Assembly: GCA_029856125.1 (NCBI GenBank)
Contig: JAHQWJ010000027.1
Coordinates: forward strand, 1-49,909
From: Promethearchaeia archaeon
GTDB taxonomy: Archaea > Asgardarchaeota > Lokiarchaeia > Sigyniarchaeales > SOKP01
DNA: 49,909 nt
Direction of reading: 5' to 3'
Below, piece after piece: positions 28,657-39,305 of the stretch; position 1 is the stretch's first letter, and each line of letters starts with the position of its first letter. The notes beneath the pieces were generated by a model. It ran no database searches, was not told where the DNA came from, and saw only the letters and a list, made by a program, of their open reading frames with translations. The translations under genes were made by a program, and so were the position numbers.

Positions 28657-30039
28657 TTAAAGATTGTTGGGATGCAAAAACTTCTTAAAACGTTCCGCTT
28701 GTGTTAAAGTTCTTTTCGAGAGATTATGTATTGACTTATCATTCCATTCCTTAAGACCTGGAATTATTTCACCTCGAATAAAACGCTTCACATATGACGG
28801 AATTAATTTCTGACCTAAATATGCACCAACAATGGCTCCTGCGTTTCCTGCATTACAATCAGTATCAGCTCCACATTCAGTACTAATACGTACCGTCTGT
28901 ATAAAATCCCCATCTCCATATAATAAACCCATTACAATTGCAGCATTATTGAATAAGGTATGAACAGCTTTACTTTTTCTAAGGGGCTTTAATCGTCTTT
29001 CAAGCATACTCGGAAAATCCTTAAATCTGGAAATTGCATCTTTAATCATATCTTGCTCAAACAGCCACCATAGACCATCTAAAGTTTTTTGCCAATCTTT
29101 TTTATTCGAAGCCGTCCAGTGTTTTCCCAAATCTCTTGAATCTGGATTATCGATATAAATATCGATTACTGGATCAATAAATTTAAAGTATAACTTAACG
29201 TCTTCTGTTGAAATTGAATCTATTAAGGAAGCATATTCTAACAAGACTGCTTTTATACGTTTAATATCGCTTATAATAGTCTCAGAACAAATCCCAATCT
29301 GATCAATTTGTTCCGTAAATCCATCAAATTTTTCAGTTTGTGCCCCCTCAAGGTCCCATTTATAAACTTCAGACTTTGGAAATTTTATCTCTTCTCTATA
29401 TTTGAATGGATCGTGTGTTATTGCTACTGAAATTATGGCGGAGATAAATAATTCACCCACAATTCCTACCTCTCTATGAGCAATCAACGCATCTTGAAGG
29501 GATAAATCCAAACATGGTTTTAATAATTCGAGATCATCTTTGGAATTTTCGTACCAACCCCATGCAGGAAGTAACATTCCATATAATTCTCCCTTCATTT
29601 GTGCTCCAATCCAATCAGCATATTCGTTCCCAAAAACTTTTCCCTCATGCTCATAAACATAATCACCAGCATGTTCCCAAGGAACACCATTTTTAGCGTT
29701 ATCGTAAGCAGATTTTTCTGCTGTAAATACATATTGAGGGAGTAAATGCTCCAACCAATACGATCCAAGATAGTTTGGTTCCAAAATTGTCCCAGCTTTT
29801 AACCTATTAGCAAAATCATCATCACTTAATGCTTCTAATGCTAAAATAGATATCAATTCATATTGTTCATCGTCGTTTATACCTTGTCTATGATGCTTGC
29901 TCCATCCACTTAAAGGAGGGTGCATATTAATAATTACCTCACGATGTTTTCCTTCGACAGGCATCCCAAATGTGCCCCCTGCGACTTTTCCTGTCCAGCT
30001 GCCCCAAATTTTTTGGAGTAAAAAATCTTTTTCAGACAT
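28657..30039 (-). CDS. ADP-ribosylglycohydrolase family protein
   Basis: GSWTGKVAG..FGMPVEG, NDD and DTDCNAG..GAIVG metal-binding motifs. Confidence 0.85.
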   Translation of the reverse strand: MSEKDFLLQKIWGSWTGKVAGGTFGMPVEGKHREVIINMHPPLSGWSKHHRQGINDDEQYELISILALEALSDDDFANRLKAGTILEPNYLGSYWLEHLLPQYVFTAEKSAYDNAKNGVPWEHAGDYVYEHEGKVFGNEYADWIGAQMKGELYGMLLPAWGWYENSKDDLELLKPCLDLSLQDALIAHREVGIVGELFISAIISVAITHDPFKYREEIKFPKSEVYKWDLEGAQTEKFDGFTEQIDQIGICSETIISDIKRIKAVLLEYASLIDSISTEDVKLYFKFIDPVIDIYIDNPDSRDLGKHWTASNKKDWQKTLDGLWWLFEQDMIKDAISRFKDFPSMLERRLKPLRKSKAVHTLFNNAAIVMGLLYGDGDFIQTVRISTECGADTDCNAGNAGAIVGAYLGQKLIPSYVKRFIRGEIIPGLKEWNDKSIHNLSKRTLTQAERFKKFLHPNNL

Positions 30040-30226
30040 ACTTTAATCTCATTTTTTTTATTTCATTAAAGTTAAATGAAATATGTATATTAAACAAATT
30101 CCTTTTTGGATAAATATCTATGATTCAATTTAGAATAAGTAATATAAGAGAGAGATCTAAAGATCTTAAATCTTGACAACTTCAAAGTAATGAAAATTAA
30201 AAATTTTCTTCAATTTTACCAGTAGA

Positions 30227-31921
30227 TTAATCCGCGTCTTCTATGTCCTCTACTCCTTTTGGTGGATTGACACACCAAATATAGTGACCTTCCTCAATCT
30301 TTATTTTATGAGGTGTCTCAACTTCACATTCTTCTGTTCGATTATCTGATACACATCGAGGATTAAAAGCACATCCCGGTGGAGGAGCAATTGGGCTTGG
30401 AACCTCGCCATCTATAACATGTTTAACATCCTGATCAAAAGGATCAATTTCAGAGCGACTCTTTAGTAGCGCTTGAGTATAAGGATGAGTTGGATTTAAA
30501 AAGATTTGATCAGTTTCTCCAACCTCAACCAACTTACCGAGATACATTACCGCAACTCTATTCGCAATATGATTCACAACGGCTAAATTATGGGTTATAA
30601 ACAAGAAACCATATCCATATTCCTCCTGTAAGTCGATGAGAAGGTTTAAGATTTGTGCTTGTACAGACACATCAAGGGCTGATGTCGGCTCGTCAAGGAC
30701 AATCAATTCTGGATTACACGCAAGTGCTCTTGCGATAATAATTCTTTGTTTTTGCCCTCCTGAAAACTCGTGAGGATAACGATCCATGTGTTCTCGTTTT
30801 AACGAAACTTGTTCCAACAATCTTAAAACATGTTTTCTGATTTGCATCTTGTTAGTAATACCCAGCAAATTCTTAAGGGGTTCTGCTATAATACTTGTAA
30901 CTTTTAAACGTGGATTTAAAGAAGCATCAGGATCTTGGAAAATAATTTGAATTTTTTGCCTTAAATAACTTGAAAGATCGTCCGGGACGGGTTCCTCATG
31001 AAATAATATTTCTCCTTCTTCTTTTTGTAGTAATCCTAAAATTGTGTTTGCGACAGTCGTTTTCCCGCAACCGCTTTCTCCAACTAATCCTAATGTTTCA
31101 CCTGTTTTAATTTCAAAAGATAATCCATCAACCGCTTTTACATCCCCAACTTTTCTTTTAAGTGTCCCCTTAAGTAAAGGAAAATATACCTTAAGGTTTC
31201 TTACTTCTAATAAGGGCTTACCCCTTTCTAAAACATGGTGTTCTCTGAGTTCCTGATTTGATATTGTTTTATATGCGATTCTTCTAGCTACAACCATTGT
31301 TATAGCTGATAATATAAGACTTATCATGAAATTTTGAAGAAAATTATCAAAATAATTTACTTGTTGAGAGACAAACATTGTTAATAGATAGAGAGTCCCT
31401 GGTATTATACTGACAATAATAACTACTCTTCTTAACTTTACTAGTTGAAGTTTATCTCCCCAACTTGATATAAATACTGTAACACCTGTAGCAGTAAGAA
31501 TCAATAAAACAAAAACAAATTTTGCTCCATCTAATTGAGGATTATCAACAATAAGGAAAATTTCTATAATATCATAAAGTAAAGTCAAAAAAATAGAAGT
31601 TATGAATAAAGAGATTTGAGCTAGTCCTACAATTTCTAATGATTTTAACCAATTATTTTTGTAAATGATTTGCATGGTAATTAATCCAACAAAAATGTTG
31701 ACAATTATTATGGGAAGGTCGTTGAAAAGATTTTGAGTAACTAGCGAATAAAGAGTTAACTCTAAAATTATGCTTATAACAATCCAAATTATATTTATAA
31801 TTAATGTTGAAAAAGATGCTCTATCCCATCTTTCCAAGTGGATATGCCAGTTTATATAATAGAATCCCACTAAGAACAAGATAATTTGAGAAAAAAACAG
31901 TGATGCTATATTAACAACCAT
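30227..31921 (-). CDS. oppF: Oligopeptide/dipeptide ABC ATPase (OppF-like) with ~7-TM N-terminal domain
   Basis: Walker A GESGCGKT, FSGGQKQR, LIVLDE, HPYT, C-terminal Cys-rich tail; first ~215 aa are hydrophobic helices. Confidence 0.9.
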   Translation of the reverse strand: MVVNIASLFFSQIILFLVGFYYINWHIHLERWDRASFSTLIINIIWIVISIILELTLYSLVTQNLFNDLPIIIVNIFVGLITMQIIYKNNWLKSLEIVGLAQISLFITSIFLTLLYDIIEIFLIVDNPQLDGAKFVFVLLILTATGVTVFISSWGDKLQLVKLRRVVIIVSIIPGTLYLLTMFVSQQVNYFDNFLQNFMISLILSAITMVVARRIAYKTISNQELREHHVLERGKPLLEVRNLKVYFPLLKGTLKRKVGDVKAVDGLSFEIKTGETLGLVGESGCGKTTVANTILGLLQKEEGEILFHEEPVPDDLSSYLRQKIQIIFQDPDASLNPRLKVTSIIAEPLKNLLGITNKMQIRKHVLRLLEQVSLKREHMDRYPHEFSGGQKQRIIIARALACNPELIVLDEPTSALDVSVQAQILNLLIDLQEEYGYGFLFITHNLAVVNHIANRVAVMYLGKLVEVGETDQIFLNPTHPYTQALLKSRSEIDPFDQDVKHVIDGEVPSPIAPPPGCAFNPRCVSDNRTEECEVETPHKIKIEEGHYIWCVNPPKGVEDIEDAD

Positions 31922-31978
31922 TTCGACTTATCCTTCCATTTTTGTTTTACGCTTTAATTTTGGATTCTGTAATTGATC

Positions 31979-34006
31979 CTAATTTTCTTCTACTTTTTTT
32001 ATGGAAATTTCTGATAATCCTTTATATTCTGGATCATAAAGATGACATGCGACAAAATAATCTGGTTCAACCTCTAAGCTTTTTGGTACTTTTGAATCAC
32101 AAGGTTCGAAGTAATATTTACATCGCGGATGAAATCTGCATCCAGAAGGTGGATAAATCAGGTTTGGAACTGTTCCTTCTATAACTTCAAGCCGGCGTTT
32201 TTTCTTACCAATCATAGGAATAGAGCCGATAAGACCTCTAGTATAGGGATGATATGGTTTTACAAATATTTTTTTAATTTCCCCACTCTCGACAATAAAT
32301 CCGGAATACATTACAGCAACCCTATCACACATTTTAGAAATTATTCCTAGATCATGGGTGATAAACAGCATTGAAGTATTATATTTAGTCCTAAGTTCTT
32401 TCATTAACTTTAGAATCTGATTTTGAATGGTTACGTCCAATGCTGTTGTAGGTTCATCCGCAATTAAAAGTTTCGGTTTGCAAGCAAGACCCATAGCGAT
32501 CTGAATCCTTTGTCGCATTCCTCCACTCAGTTCATGAGGGTATAGATCAAAAACTAGATGGGGGAATGGTATATTTAAGTCTTGTAAAAGTTGCTGACCC
32601 CATTCTCGGGCAACAACAAAAATGCTTTTACTCCGGTTTGATGATTCCACGAGTAACTCACTTTCCATATGCAAGAAATAAGCTTCAGTGATTTGAGCTC
32701 CGATTTTAAAAACGGGATTAAGAGAATTAAGAGGATCTTGAAATATCATGGTAATATCTTTTCCACGATAATCCAATACTTCAGATGTCGATTTTTGTAA
32801 CAAATCTTCTCCCATAAATATTACTTTTCCTTTTTCTATTATTCCTGGTGGGCGGACTACTTGTAAAATTGATAATGCTGTCACGGATTTCCCACAACCA
32901 GTTTCTCCAACAAGGCCAAGAGTTTCTCCCTCATGAATTTTAAAAGAAACACCTTCGACGGCTTTTACAATTCCTTCTTCTGTGTAAAAATAAGTCTTGA
33001 GATCTTGAACATCCAACAAAATATGATTTCGAAGTACCTTCATTTCTTCACGTTTTTTCTCATATATATCAAATACTTCCTGAATTTTTAACTCACCCCT
33101 TTCAACAGCTAGAGGTTTAAATATTTTATTTAAGGTAACAAAAAAAACAGCAATATATATCGCATTAACGACTGGAATTAAAATACGAATATCCTGAAAA
33201 TATAGAGTGATGTTGAATAATCTTCGTAAATATAGTTCAACAATAACGAGTTGAATAGACCAAATTCCAAATGAGATAAATCCAGCAGTATACATAGCTT
33301 GTTTGAGCACAATATCTGAAATACGACTTTCAATCGAACGAGTTTTATTAACTACGATTGTTATAAGAATAGCAAAACCGACTGCAACAATAGCCCATAC
33401 AAAACCAAGATAAAATATATCACCAAATTCCAACGGAATTTGGAAGATAGAACTCGAGAAAAATATACCTCCAATGATCCATGTGACTATCATAAATTTA
33501 AAATATAATCGTCTGAATTGTCCGCTCTGGACACTAACTTCATCATCATCCAATTTGTTTTTTGTAACCTCTCTCTCTTTTTGCTTTCTCATTCTCTTCA
33601 AAAATATGGCATGGAAGGGTAGAAATAAAGTTACCATAATAGCAAATAAAAAGAAATCGTTAGTCAGGTATCTGAATATATAGAATACCTCAAAAATATA
33701 GTACTTTTCTAGAGATTCTAAAAATAAACGAACAGCTAATATTATCCCAAAAATTATTAAGCTGCTAACACCGGAACTAATCCTGTGAACTCTTCTAGAT
33801 ATTCGTCCTTCCTGTCGAAGATTATTATTTAGAATCCCAGCACTCAAATATAAGACGCAAGCTGCTACCAAAGCTTCAAGAAATGACATTCCAAGCTGAA
33901 ACACATAAAGAATAAATAATAAATACCCAAAAAACGTTATACCCAGAATAATAGCTAAATTGATGCAAATTTGCTTCTTTTTATTGTTCATTTTATTATC
34001 GCCCAT
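31979..34006 (-). CDS. oppD: Oligopeptide/dipeptide ABC ATPase (OppD-like) with ~8-TM N-terminal domain
   Basis: GETGCGKS, LSGGMRQR, LLIADE, GCRFHPRC...ACH; first ~295 aa are hydrophobic helices. Confidence 0.9.
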   Translation of the reverse strand: MGDNKMNNKKKQICINLAIILGITFFGYLLFILYVFQLGMSFLEALVAACVLYLSAGILNNNLRQEGRISRRVHRISSGVSSLIIFGIILAVRLFLESLEKYYIFEVFYIFRYLTNDFFLFAIMVTLFLPFHAIFLKRMRKQKEREVTKNKLDDDEVSVQSGQFRRLYFKFMIVTWIIGGIFFSSSIFQIPLEFGDIFYLGFVWAIVAVGFAILITIVVNKTRSIESRISDIVLKQAMYTAGFISFGIWSIQLVIVELYLRRLFNITLYFQDIRILIPVVNAIYIAVFFVTLNKIFKPLAVERGELKIQEVFDIYEKKREEMKVLRNHILLDVQDLKTYFYTEEGIVKAVEGVSFKIHEGETLGLVGETGCGKSVTALSILQVVRPPGIIEKGKVIFMGEDLLQKSTSEVLDYRGKDITMIFQDPLNSLNPVFKIGAQITEAYFLHMESELLVESSNRSKSIFVVAREWGQQLLQDLNIPFPHLVFDLYPHELSGGMRQRIQIAMGLACKPKLLIADEPTTALDVTIQNQILKLMKELRTKYNTSMLFITHDLGIISKMCDRVAVMYSGFIVESGEIKKIFVKPYHPYTRGLIGSIPMIGKKKRRLEVIEGTVPNLIYPPSGCRFHPRCKYYFEPCDSKVPKSLEVEPDYFVACHLYDPEYKGLSEISIKKVEEN

Positions 34007-34009
34007 TTT

Positions 34010-35011
34010 TTATTTGTGAAATCGTGGATCTAAAGCGTCCCTTAAGCCATCTCCTACTAACATAAACCCAGCAGATGTGATTCCGAGAAAAATACCCGGT
34101 ATAATTTGGGCCCATCTGCCTGTATATAAGCGACCGACAGCCCAATTAATATCAGTTCCCCAAGTCGCTACTGTTTGGTCTCCTAAACCAATAAAACCAA
34201 GCCCCGCTAAACCTAAAATGGTACCCGCAGCTCCCCAAAAGAAACTAATTATTATAGGGGATATGGCATTTGGTACAATATGTTTAAACATGACTTTTAA
34301 TTTAAGGGCACCACCTGTTTTTGCTGCCCTTACAAAAACCATTTCTTTTACTAACAAAACCATTGTTCGCATAAACCTTATACCACCCGGAATACCGAGT
34401 ATCCCAAAAATTACAAGCTGAGTCATCATATCTCGACCAATCATGGGAATAAGAATAAAAGTTAAAATTCCTATTGGAAATATATAAATGAAATCAACAA
34501 AACGCATTATAGCATAATCAACTGCGCCACCAAAATAAGCTGAAATGGTTCCTAAAACAACCCCACCCCCCATTGATATAATTACTGGAACAAACGCAAA
34601 TCCCATCGCAGATCTAGCACCCCAAATTATTCGAGCATAAATATCATATCCGTACAATGTTGTCCCTAGTAGATGTTCTGGACTCGGATCTTCGAAAGGC
34701 AATGAGTCACCAGGTATAAATGGCAATGTTACTTCTTGCAACGGAACCTCGGTTAACCAAGGACTATATACTGCTAATATTACAATAAACAATATCATAA
34801 AAAACCCAATAATTGTCAAAGGTTTAAGAAAACGACGGAATACCCGTCTTTTTGATTTTATTTTTTCAACTTCATTTTCATAAGCTGTGAATTCTGGATT
34901 CCGCCAGGTGGGAAGTAAATAAAATTTCAATAGATTTACCCATCTCTTCTTACCACCTACAGACAAATCCTTATAATCAATTTCGTCTATTGTTATATCT
35001 TGTTCGATCAT
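34010..35011 (-). CDS. oppC: ABC permease, OppC/DppC-like
   Basis: HLLGT..GYDIYARIIWGAR, EAA-loop variant FVRAAKTGG, HIVPN, GDGLRDALDPR. Confidence 0.92.
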   Translation of the reverse strand: MIEQDITIDEIDYKDLSVGGKKRWVNLLKFYLLPTWRNPEFTAYENEVEKIKSKRRVFRRFLKPLTIIGFFMILFIVILAVYSPWLTEVPLQEVTLPFIPGDSLPFEDPSPEHLLGTTLYGYDIYARIIWGARSAMGFAFVPVIISMGGGVVLGTISAYFGGAVDYAIMRFVDFIYIFPIGILTFILIPMIGRDMMTQLVIFGILGIPGGIRFMRTMVLLVKEMVFVRAAKTGGALKLKVMFKHIVPNAISPIIISFFWGAAGTILGLAGLGFIGLGDQTVATWGTDINWAVGRLYTGRWAQIIPGIFLGITSAGFMLVGDGLRDALDPRFHK

Positions 35012-35038
35012 TTTTTAAATCATTATTATAATTAATTT

Positions 35039-36103
35039 TTATTTATATACGATCCTCGGGTCGATAATGGTATAGGCTACATCAGCAATTAATGTTGTAG
35101 TAAGAGAAAATATTACGGTGAATATCGTTAAACCAGCAATGACTAAATAGTCCCCCTGAAGAACTGATTGGAGAAGATAATACCCAAATCCTTCGTAAAC
35201 AAAAACCGACTCGATAAACACACTTCCAAGAAATGCTCCCAATATTCCCCCAATGATTTTTTCACTTGATGGGAGTAATGCATTCCGTAGTGCATGTTTA
35301 TTATTAACCTCATCTTCTTCGACTCCTTTTGCACGGGCAGTTCGAATATAATCTTGATCTAAAACTTCTAACATACTTGAGCGTACTAGTGCCGTTAATC
35401 CCGAGATTCCAAGAATAGTCATGCATAGCGTTGGAAGAATCAAATGGGAGATTGTGTCCCATAGAAAAGCTTGATCATTATATATAATGGCATCAATTAT
35501 TCGGAAGTTTGTTCTAAATCCATCTATGGGGCCTGGATAGGAATATCCTAGTGTATTTGTGAACATAACGGGAAGATCAAATTGACCATTGGTAAAATCG
35601 GGTATATAAACACCAAATCCAAGTTGAAGAACAGCTGCAAACCAGAAAACGGGAAAAGCTGCTCCAATTATCGCAATAAAACGAATAAGGTTATCTTTTC
35701 TTTTATCCTTGTGTTTTGCGGCAAGAGCTCCAAGTCTGACACCAATAATTGGAGATAGAATTGATGGAACAATCATCAATTCAATAGTCTTAGGAAAGAT
35801 CTCACCAAGAAGTGTGAGGACAGGTTTTCCTGGCTTGAGTATATAAGATTCACCCCAATTCCCCGTGAAAAAGTTCCTTAAATAAAGAGCGATTTGAATA
35901 TACCAAGGATCATAATATCCAACTCTTCTTCTCTCCAGTTCAAGAACATCTGGATCTGTAAGACCTACTCTATTCAGTGTAGGATCTACTCCCATCATGT
36001 GTGATAAAAGCCAAGTACTTATTAAAGCTAAAAATAACATCGGAACCATGATAATAATTCGCTTAATGATATATTTTACCATATTTGTTGCTTGTCGAGC
36101 CAA
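35039..36103 (-). CDS. oppB: ABC permease, OppB/DppB-like
   Basis: YIIKR, HLILP, RSSMLEVLDQDYIRTARAKG, HALRNAL, IDPRI; GGAGG SD before the TTG start. Confidence 0.93.
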   Translation of the reverse strand: MARQATNMVKYIIKRIIIMVPMLFLALISTWLLSHMMGVDPTLNRVGLTDPDVLELERRRVGYYDPWYIQIALYLRNFFTGNWGESYILKPGKPVLTLLGEIFPKTIELMIVPSILSPIIGVRLGALAAKHKDKRKDNLIRFIAIIGAAFPVFWFAAVLQLGFGVYIPDFTNGQFDLPVMFTNTLGYSYPGPIDGFRTNFRIIDAIIYNDQAFLWDTISHLILPTLCMTILGISGLTALVRSSMLEVLDQDYIRTARAKGVEEDEVNNKHALRNALLPSSEKIIGGILGAFLGSVFIESVFVYEGFGYYLLQSVLQGDYLVIAGLTIFTVIFSLTTTLIADVAYTIIDPRIVYK

Positions 36104-36142
36104 TTTATTACCCCTCCTTCTTTTATAATTACTCTTTTTTGC

Positions 36143-36661
36143 TTATAATTTTCTTTTCTTTTTAAGAATCTGCTTTAATTTCATCCCACATAAAGCCCCA
36201 GTAAACGTACACCCGTAGAGTATTAAAATATTTAAATAACCCTCCGCACGAGCAAATTGTAAAATAAAAGGCTCAGTAGAGAATCCAAACATTATCCAAT
36301 AAAACAAAAAACCTTCAGCTATCAATGGTGGTACTAGCCATAATGAAGCTTTTATCCCATAATGGGGAATATCTTCCTTATAAGTTAATAAAAAGCTTGT
36401 TAAAAATAGTAATAAAATGGGTAAGTAGAATGTATCCGGATATACTTTAAAGGTCCAGATCAAAATCGTAGGATCCATTTCAGGATATGGGATCCAATTG
36501 CCAATATGATCTACCAAAATTATATTTGCTACTATTCCAAAGTAACCTAATAAAACAACAAGATAAGCAAAAATAACCGTTCCTTGTCTTCCCCAATCTA
36601 GGTGAAAATTACTTTTTAGACCTGTATTTTCCTCTATTTTATTGGCGTTTTTATTACTCAT
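36143..36661 (-). CDS. Hypothetical ~4-TM membrane protein, first gene of the opp operon
   Basis: Four hydrophobic segments and a basic C-terminal tail; 39 nt from the oppB start, same strand. Confidence 0.8.
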   Translation of the reverse strand: MSNKNANKIEENTGLKSNFHLDWGRQGTVIFAYLVVLLGYFGIVANIILVDHIGNWIPYPEMDPTILIWTFKVYPDTFYLPILLLFLTSFLLTYKEDIPHYGIKASLWLVPPLIAEGFLFYWIMFGFSTEPFILQFARAEGYLNILILYGCTFTGALCGMKLKQILKKKRKL

Positions 36662-36793
36662 GTGTTAATTTAATTTTTTAATATACATCGTTCATATATC
36701 TACATATAAAATACTAAAATTCTATTTATATTTTTTTAAAAATAATTTTAGCATTTTTTTGATAATAAAATTAGAAGAAACATGTACGATATT

Positions 36794-36814
36794 TAAATTT
36801 ACATAGTAAATTTA
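36794..36814. promoter_or_regulatory. Palindrome TAAATTTAC-ATA-GTAAATTTA in the divergent opp promoter
   Basis: 9-bp perfect arms; AT-rich, so chance occurrence is possible. Confidence 0.4.
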
Positions 36815-36896
36815 TGAAACATTTATATATATGGACAACATAAACATTTAATAACAAAGTCTAATTAAAAAAAAAAAAAAAAAAAGCGAAAAAACA

Positions 36897-39221
36897 ATGC
36901 GAAAATTTTCAACTAAACTAATTTTAATACTTTTGCTTAGTTCTCTTATGTTACCTTTCTTTTCTGTAGTATCTCAATCTACAACGATACCAGCATTCAA
37001 AGTAGGAGTAACTGGCGGTGCTGTCGGAAGTTGGGATGGGGCTATCGCCTCAGCAGGATTTGCTAGTGTTTATGGGGTAGATACTGTTGAGCCGTTATGT
37101 ATGTGGCCTGATAATTGGGACGGTGATTTTGACACTATGATCCCTGTGCTAGCAACAGATTGGACTATAACTCCATGGCCAGACGAGATGAATTACCACC
37201 CAGACGGACCATTTATGAACACAGGTGGTGTTCGGGCAATAGAATTCACTCTGCGAGAAGGCGTTAAATTTCATGATGGATCGGATTTTAACGCAACGGT
37301 TGCGAAATGGAATATTGATCGTGATATAGTAATCTCTGGTAATTTAACTGGTGCATTAACACCTGATTTGATGACAGATGAGATGTATAAAGCGATATTT
37401 GGTTATTGGTTACCCGCCGCACAATGGTCACAATTTGAAACTGACACTTGGAATGTATCACAATTTATTGGACAACCTGCATCATATGCTGAGTATGGAG
37501 CTACTAAATCTGATCCAGCCGACCCTTACTGGGGATGGCTATATGATTGGGCTTATGATGGTGCATATTGTAGAATTAAAAATGTGACTATAACAGAAGA
37601 TTTACAATCTGGAGGAAAAATTAAGGTTTACTTTAATGATTGGAGTGCTGTATTTCTATACGTTGATGACCATACTATGTTTTCAATGGATGCGTATAAA
37701 GAAGATTATTCTGATACACCAATTAAGGGTTTGGGAGATGTCTCTGGATTTGAACAACCAGATGTTACCGGAGGTTATCCTTCTACAGGATTTCCTGGAC
37801 ATTTGATTGGTACGGGACCTTACAGATTTATCGAGCACGATGAGGTGCTAGGACAAGGTACTATGGAAAGATTTGATGACTGGTGGAATACTACTGCCAT
37901 GCAAGCTCGGGGTTTGCACATGGTGCCAGAAATTAATATCGCTACCTTTATAACATCGACGGTAGGATTTAATTCAAGGAATTTAGCCATGGTTACAGGA
38001 GACATAGATTTCACCGGTGATGACGGTCAACTGGTCTATGGTGATATGGTTGCATCTCCCAATATTAATTACGTTGAAACGGGTGTTGGTCTAGATCGCG
38101 ATTTTATTACATTGAATTGTATCAACGAAACGTTTTGGAAAGACTGGGCAGATTTGGGCCCATCTGTTATTAATATGACTGATGGCGATTACGGGGCTTA
38201 TCCCTATCTTGGGGATATGAGATACTTGGAAGATGTTGATGATGTTGATGGACGGATTTATACTGATGGAATTAACAGAGCTACGAGGAAAGCGGTTAGT
38301 TACGCGTTTGATTACGATAAATATATTACTAATGTTAAAGGAGGACGTGCGGTACGATCTGATGGTTTTCTTCCGAGTACAAGTGAATACTATAACCCAG
38401 GTATACCTGTTGCAACCAGAGATCTCACTATAGCACGACAAACTCTCATTGATGATCCTTTCTTGAATGCAACTATAGCTGCTAGGAATTTAGACATTTC
38501 TAACTCAACTGATGATTGGAGGGATGTTGCGGAATCTAATCCAATCTTTGAATTTAAGATGCTTTGGGATATAGCCAATTATGATAAGGTGAGCGTATTT
38601 GGAGATTCCATTAAAGATATAGGGATGTCTTTGGGCGGTCTAAATGGAGCACCTGATGGTAGCTTATTAGTACAACCAGATGTTTACACTGTATTGTATG
38701 GAGAAGATATAGGATCAGTTCCATGGTTCACATCTCACGGATTCTCATCTGAATGGGGAGGCTTAAACTATAAATTTGGCCCCGTCGTTGAATATATATA
38801 TAGGAGTCCCGGAGATGCTGTATATGATCCCTTTTCATTTTCTTATAAGATCTTTCCATTCGAAGGGTTGACTAACACTGGATTTCATTATAATGCGACT
38901 GTTGATCGATGGATAGATATGACTTGGTTTGTAGACCCAATTACAGCTCAAGAACTTTGGGATAACATGACTAGACACTTTAACACTTATCAATATTTGG
39001 ATATCATGATATCGTCTAGCCTGGAGGGATATGCAATAAATAAAGATTGGGAGTGGCATTTGCCAGCATATAGTTATGCATACGTTGAATATATTGCGGA
39101 ACCGCCTGGTGATGGTCCTGGAGAACAAATCCCCGGATTCCAAACTGCTGCTATTTTAGCTATTTCTATGGTAACTATTACAGGTATCGGTTATTCGATT
39201 AAAAAGAGAAAACGTGCGTAA
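36897..39221 (+). CDS. oppA: Family-5 ABC substrate-binding protein (OppA/DppA-like) with IPGF C-terminal sorting/anchor signal
   Basis: Signal peptide, FTLREGVKFHDGSDFNA signature, IGTGPY, many NxS/T sequons, ends EQIPGF-TM-KKRKRA. Confidence 0.9.
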   Translation: MRKFSTKLILILLLSSLMLPFFSVVSQSTTIPAFKVGVTGGAVGSWDGAIASAGFASVYGVDTVEPLCMWPDNWDGDFDTMIPVLATDWTITPWPDEMNYHPDGPFMNTGGVRAIEFTLREGVKFHDGSDFNATVAKWNIDRDIVISGNLTGALTPDLMTDEMYKAIFGYWLPAAQWSQFETDTWNVSQFIGQPASYAEYGATKSDPADPYWGWLYDWAYDGAYCRIKNVTITEDLQSGGKIKVYFNDWSAVFLYVDDHTMFSMDAYKEDYSDTPIKGLGDVSGFEQPDVTGGYPSTGFPGHLIGTGPYRFIEHDEVLGQGTMERFDDWWNTTAMQARGLHMVPEINIATFITSTVGFNSRNLAMVTGDIDFTGDDGQLVYGDMVASPNINYVETGVGLDRDFITLNCINETFWKDWADLGPSVINMTDGDYGAYPYLGDMRYLEDVDDVDGRIYTDGINRATRKAVSYAFDYDKYITNVKGGRAVRSDGFLPSTSEYYNPGIPVATRDLTIARQTLIDDPFLNATIAARNLDISNSTDDWRDVAESNPIFEFKMLWDIANYDKVSVFGDSIKDIGMSLGGLNGAPDGSLLVQPDVYTVLYGEDIGSVPWFTSHGFSSEWGGLNYKFGPVVEYIYRSPGDAVYDPFSFSYKIFPFEGLTNTGFHYNATVDRWIDMTWFVDPITAQELWDNMTRHFNTYQYLDIMISSSLEGYAINKDWEWHLPAYSYAYVEYIAEPPGDGPGEQIPGFQTAAILAISMVTITGIGYSIKKRKRA

Positions 39222-39305
39222 AAGTAAAAAGCATATAATTTAATAATTAACTTTTTTTTTTATTTATACCTAAAAAAAGGAAAATAAGCTATTTATTCAA
39301 TGAAT

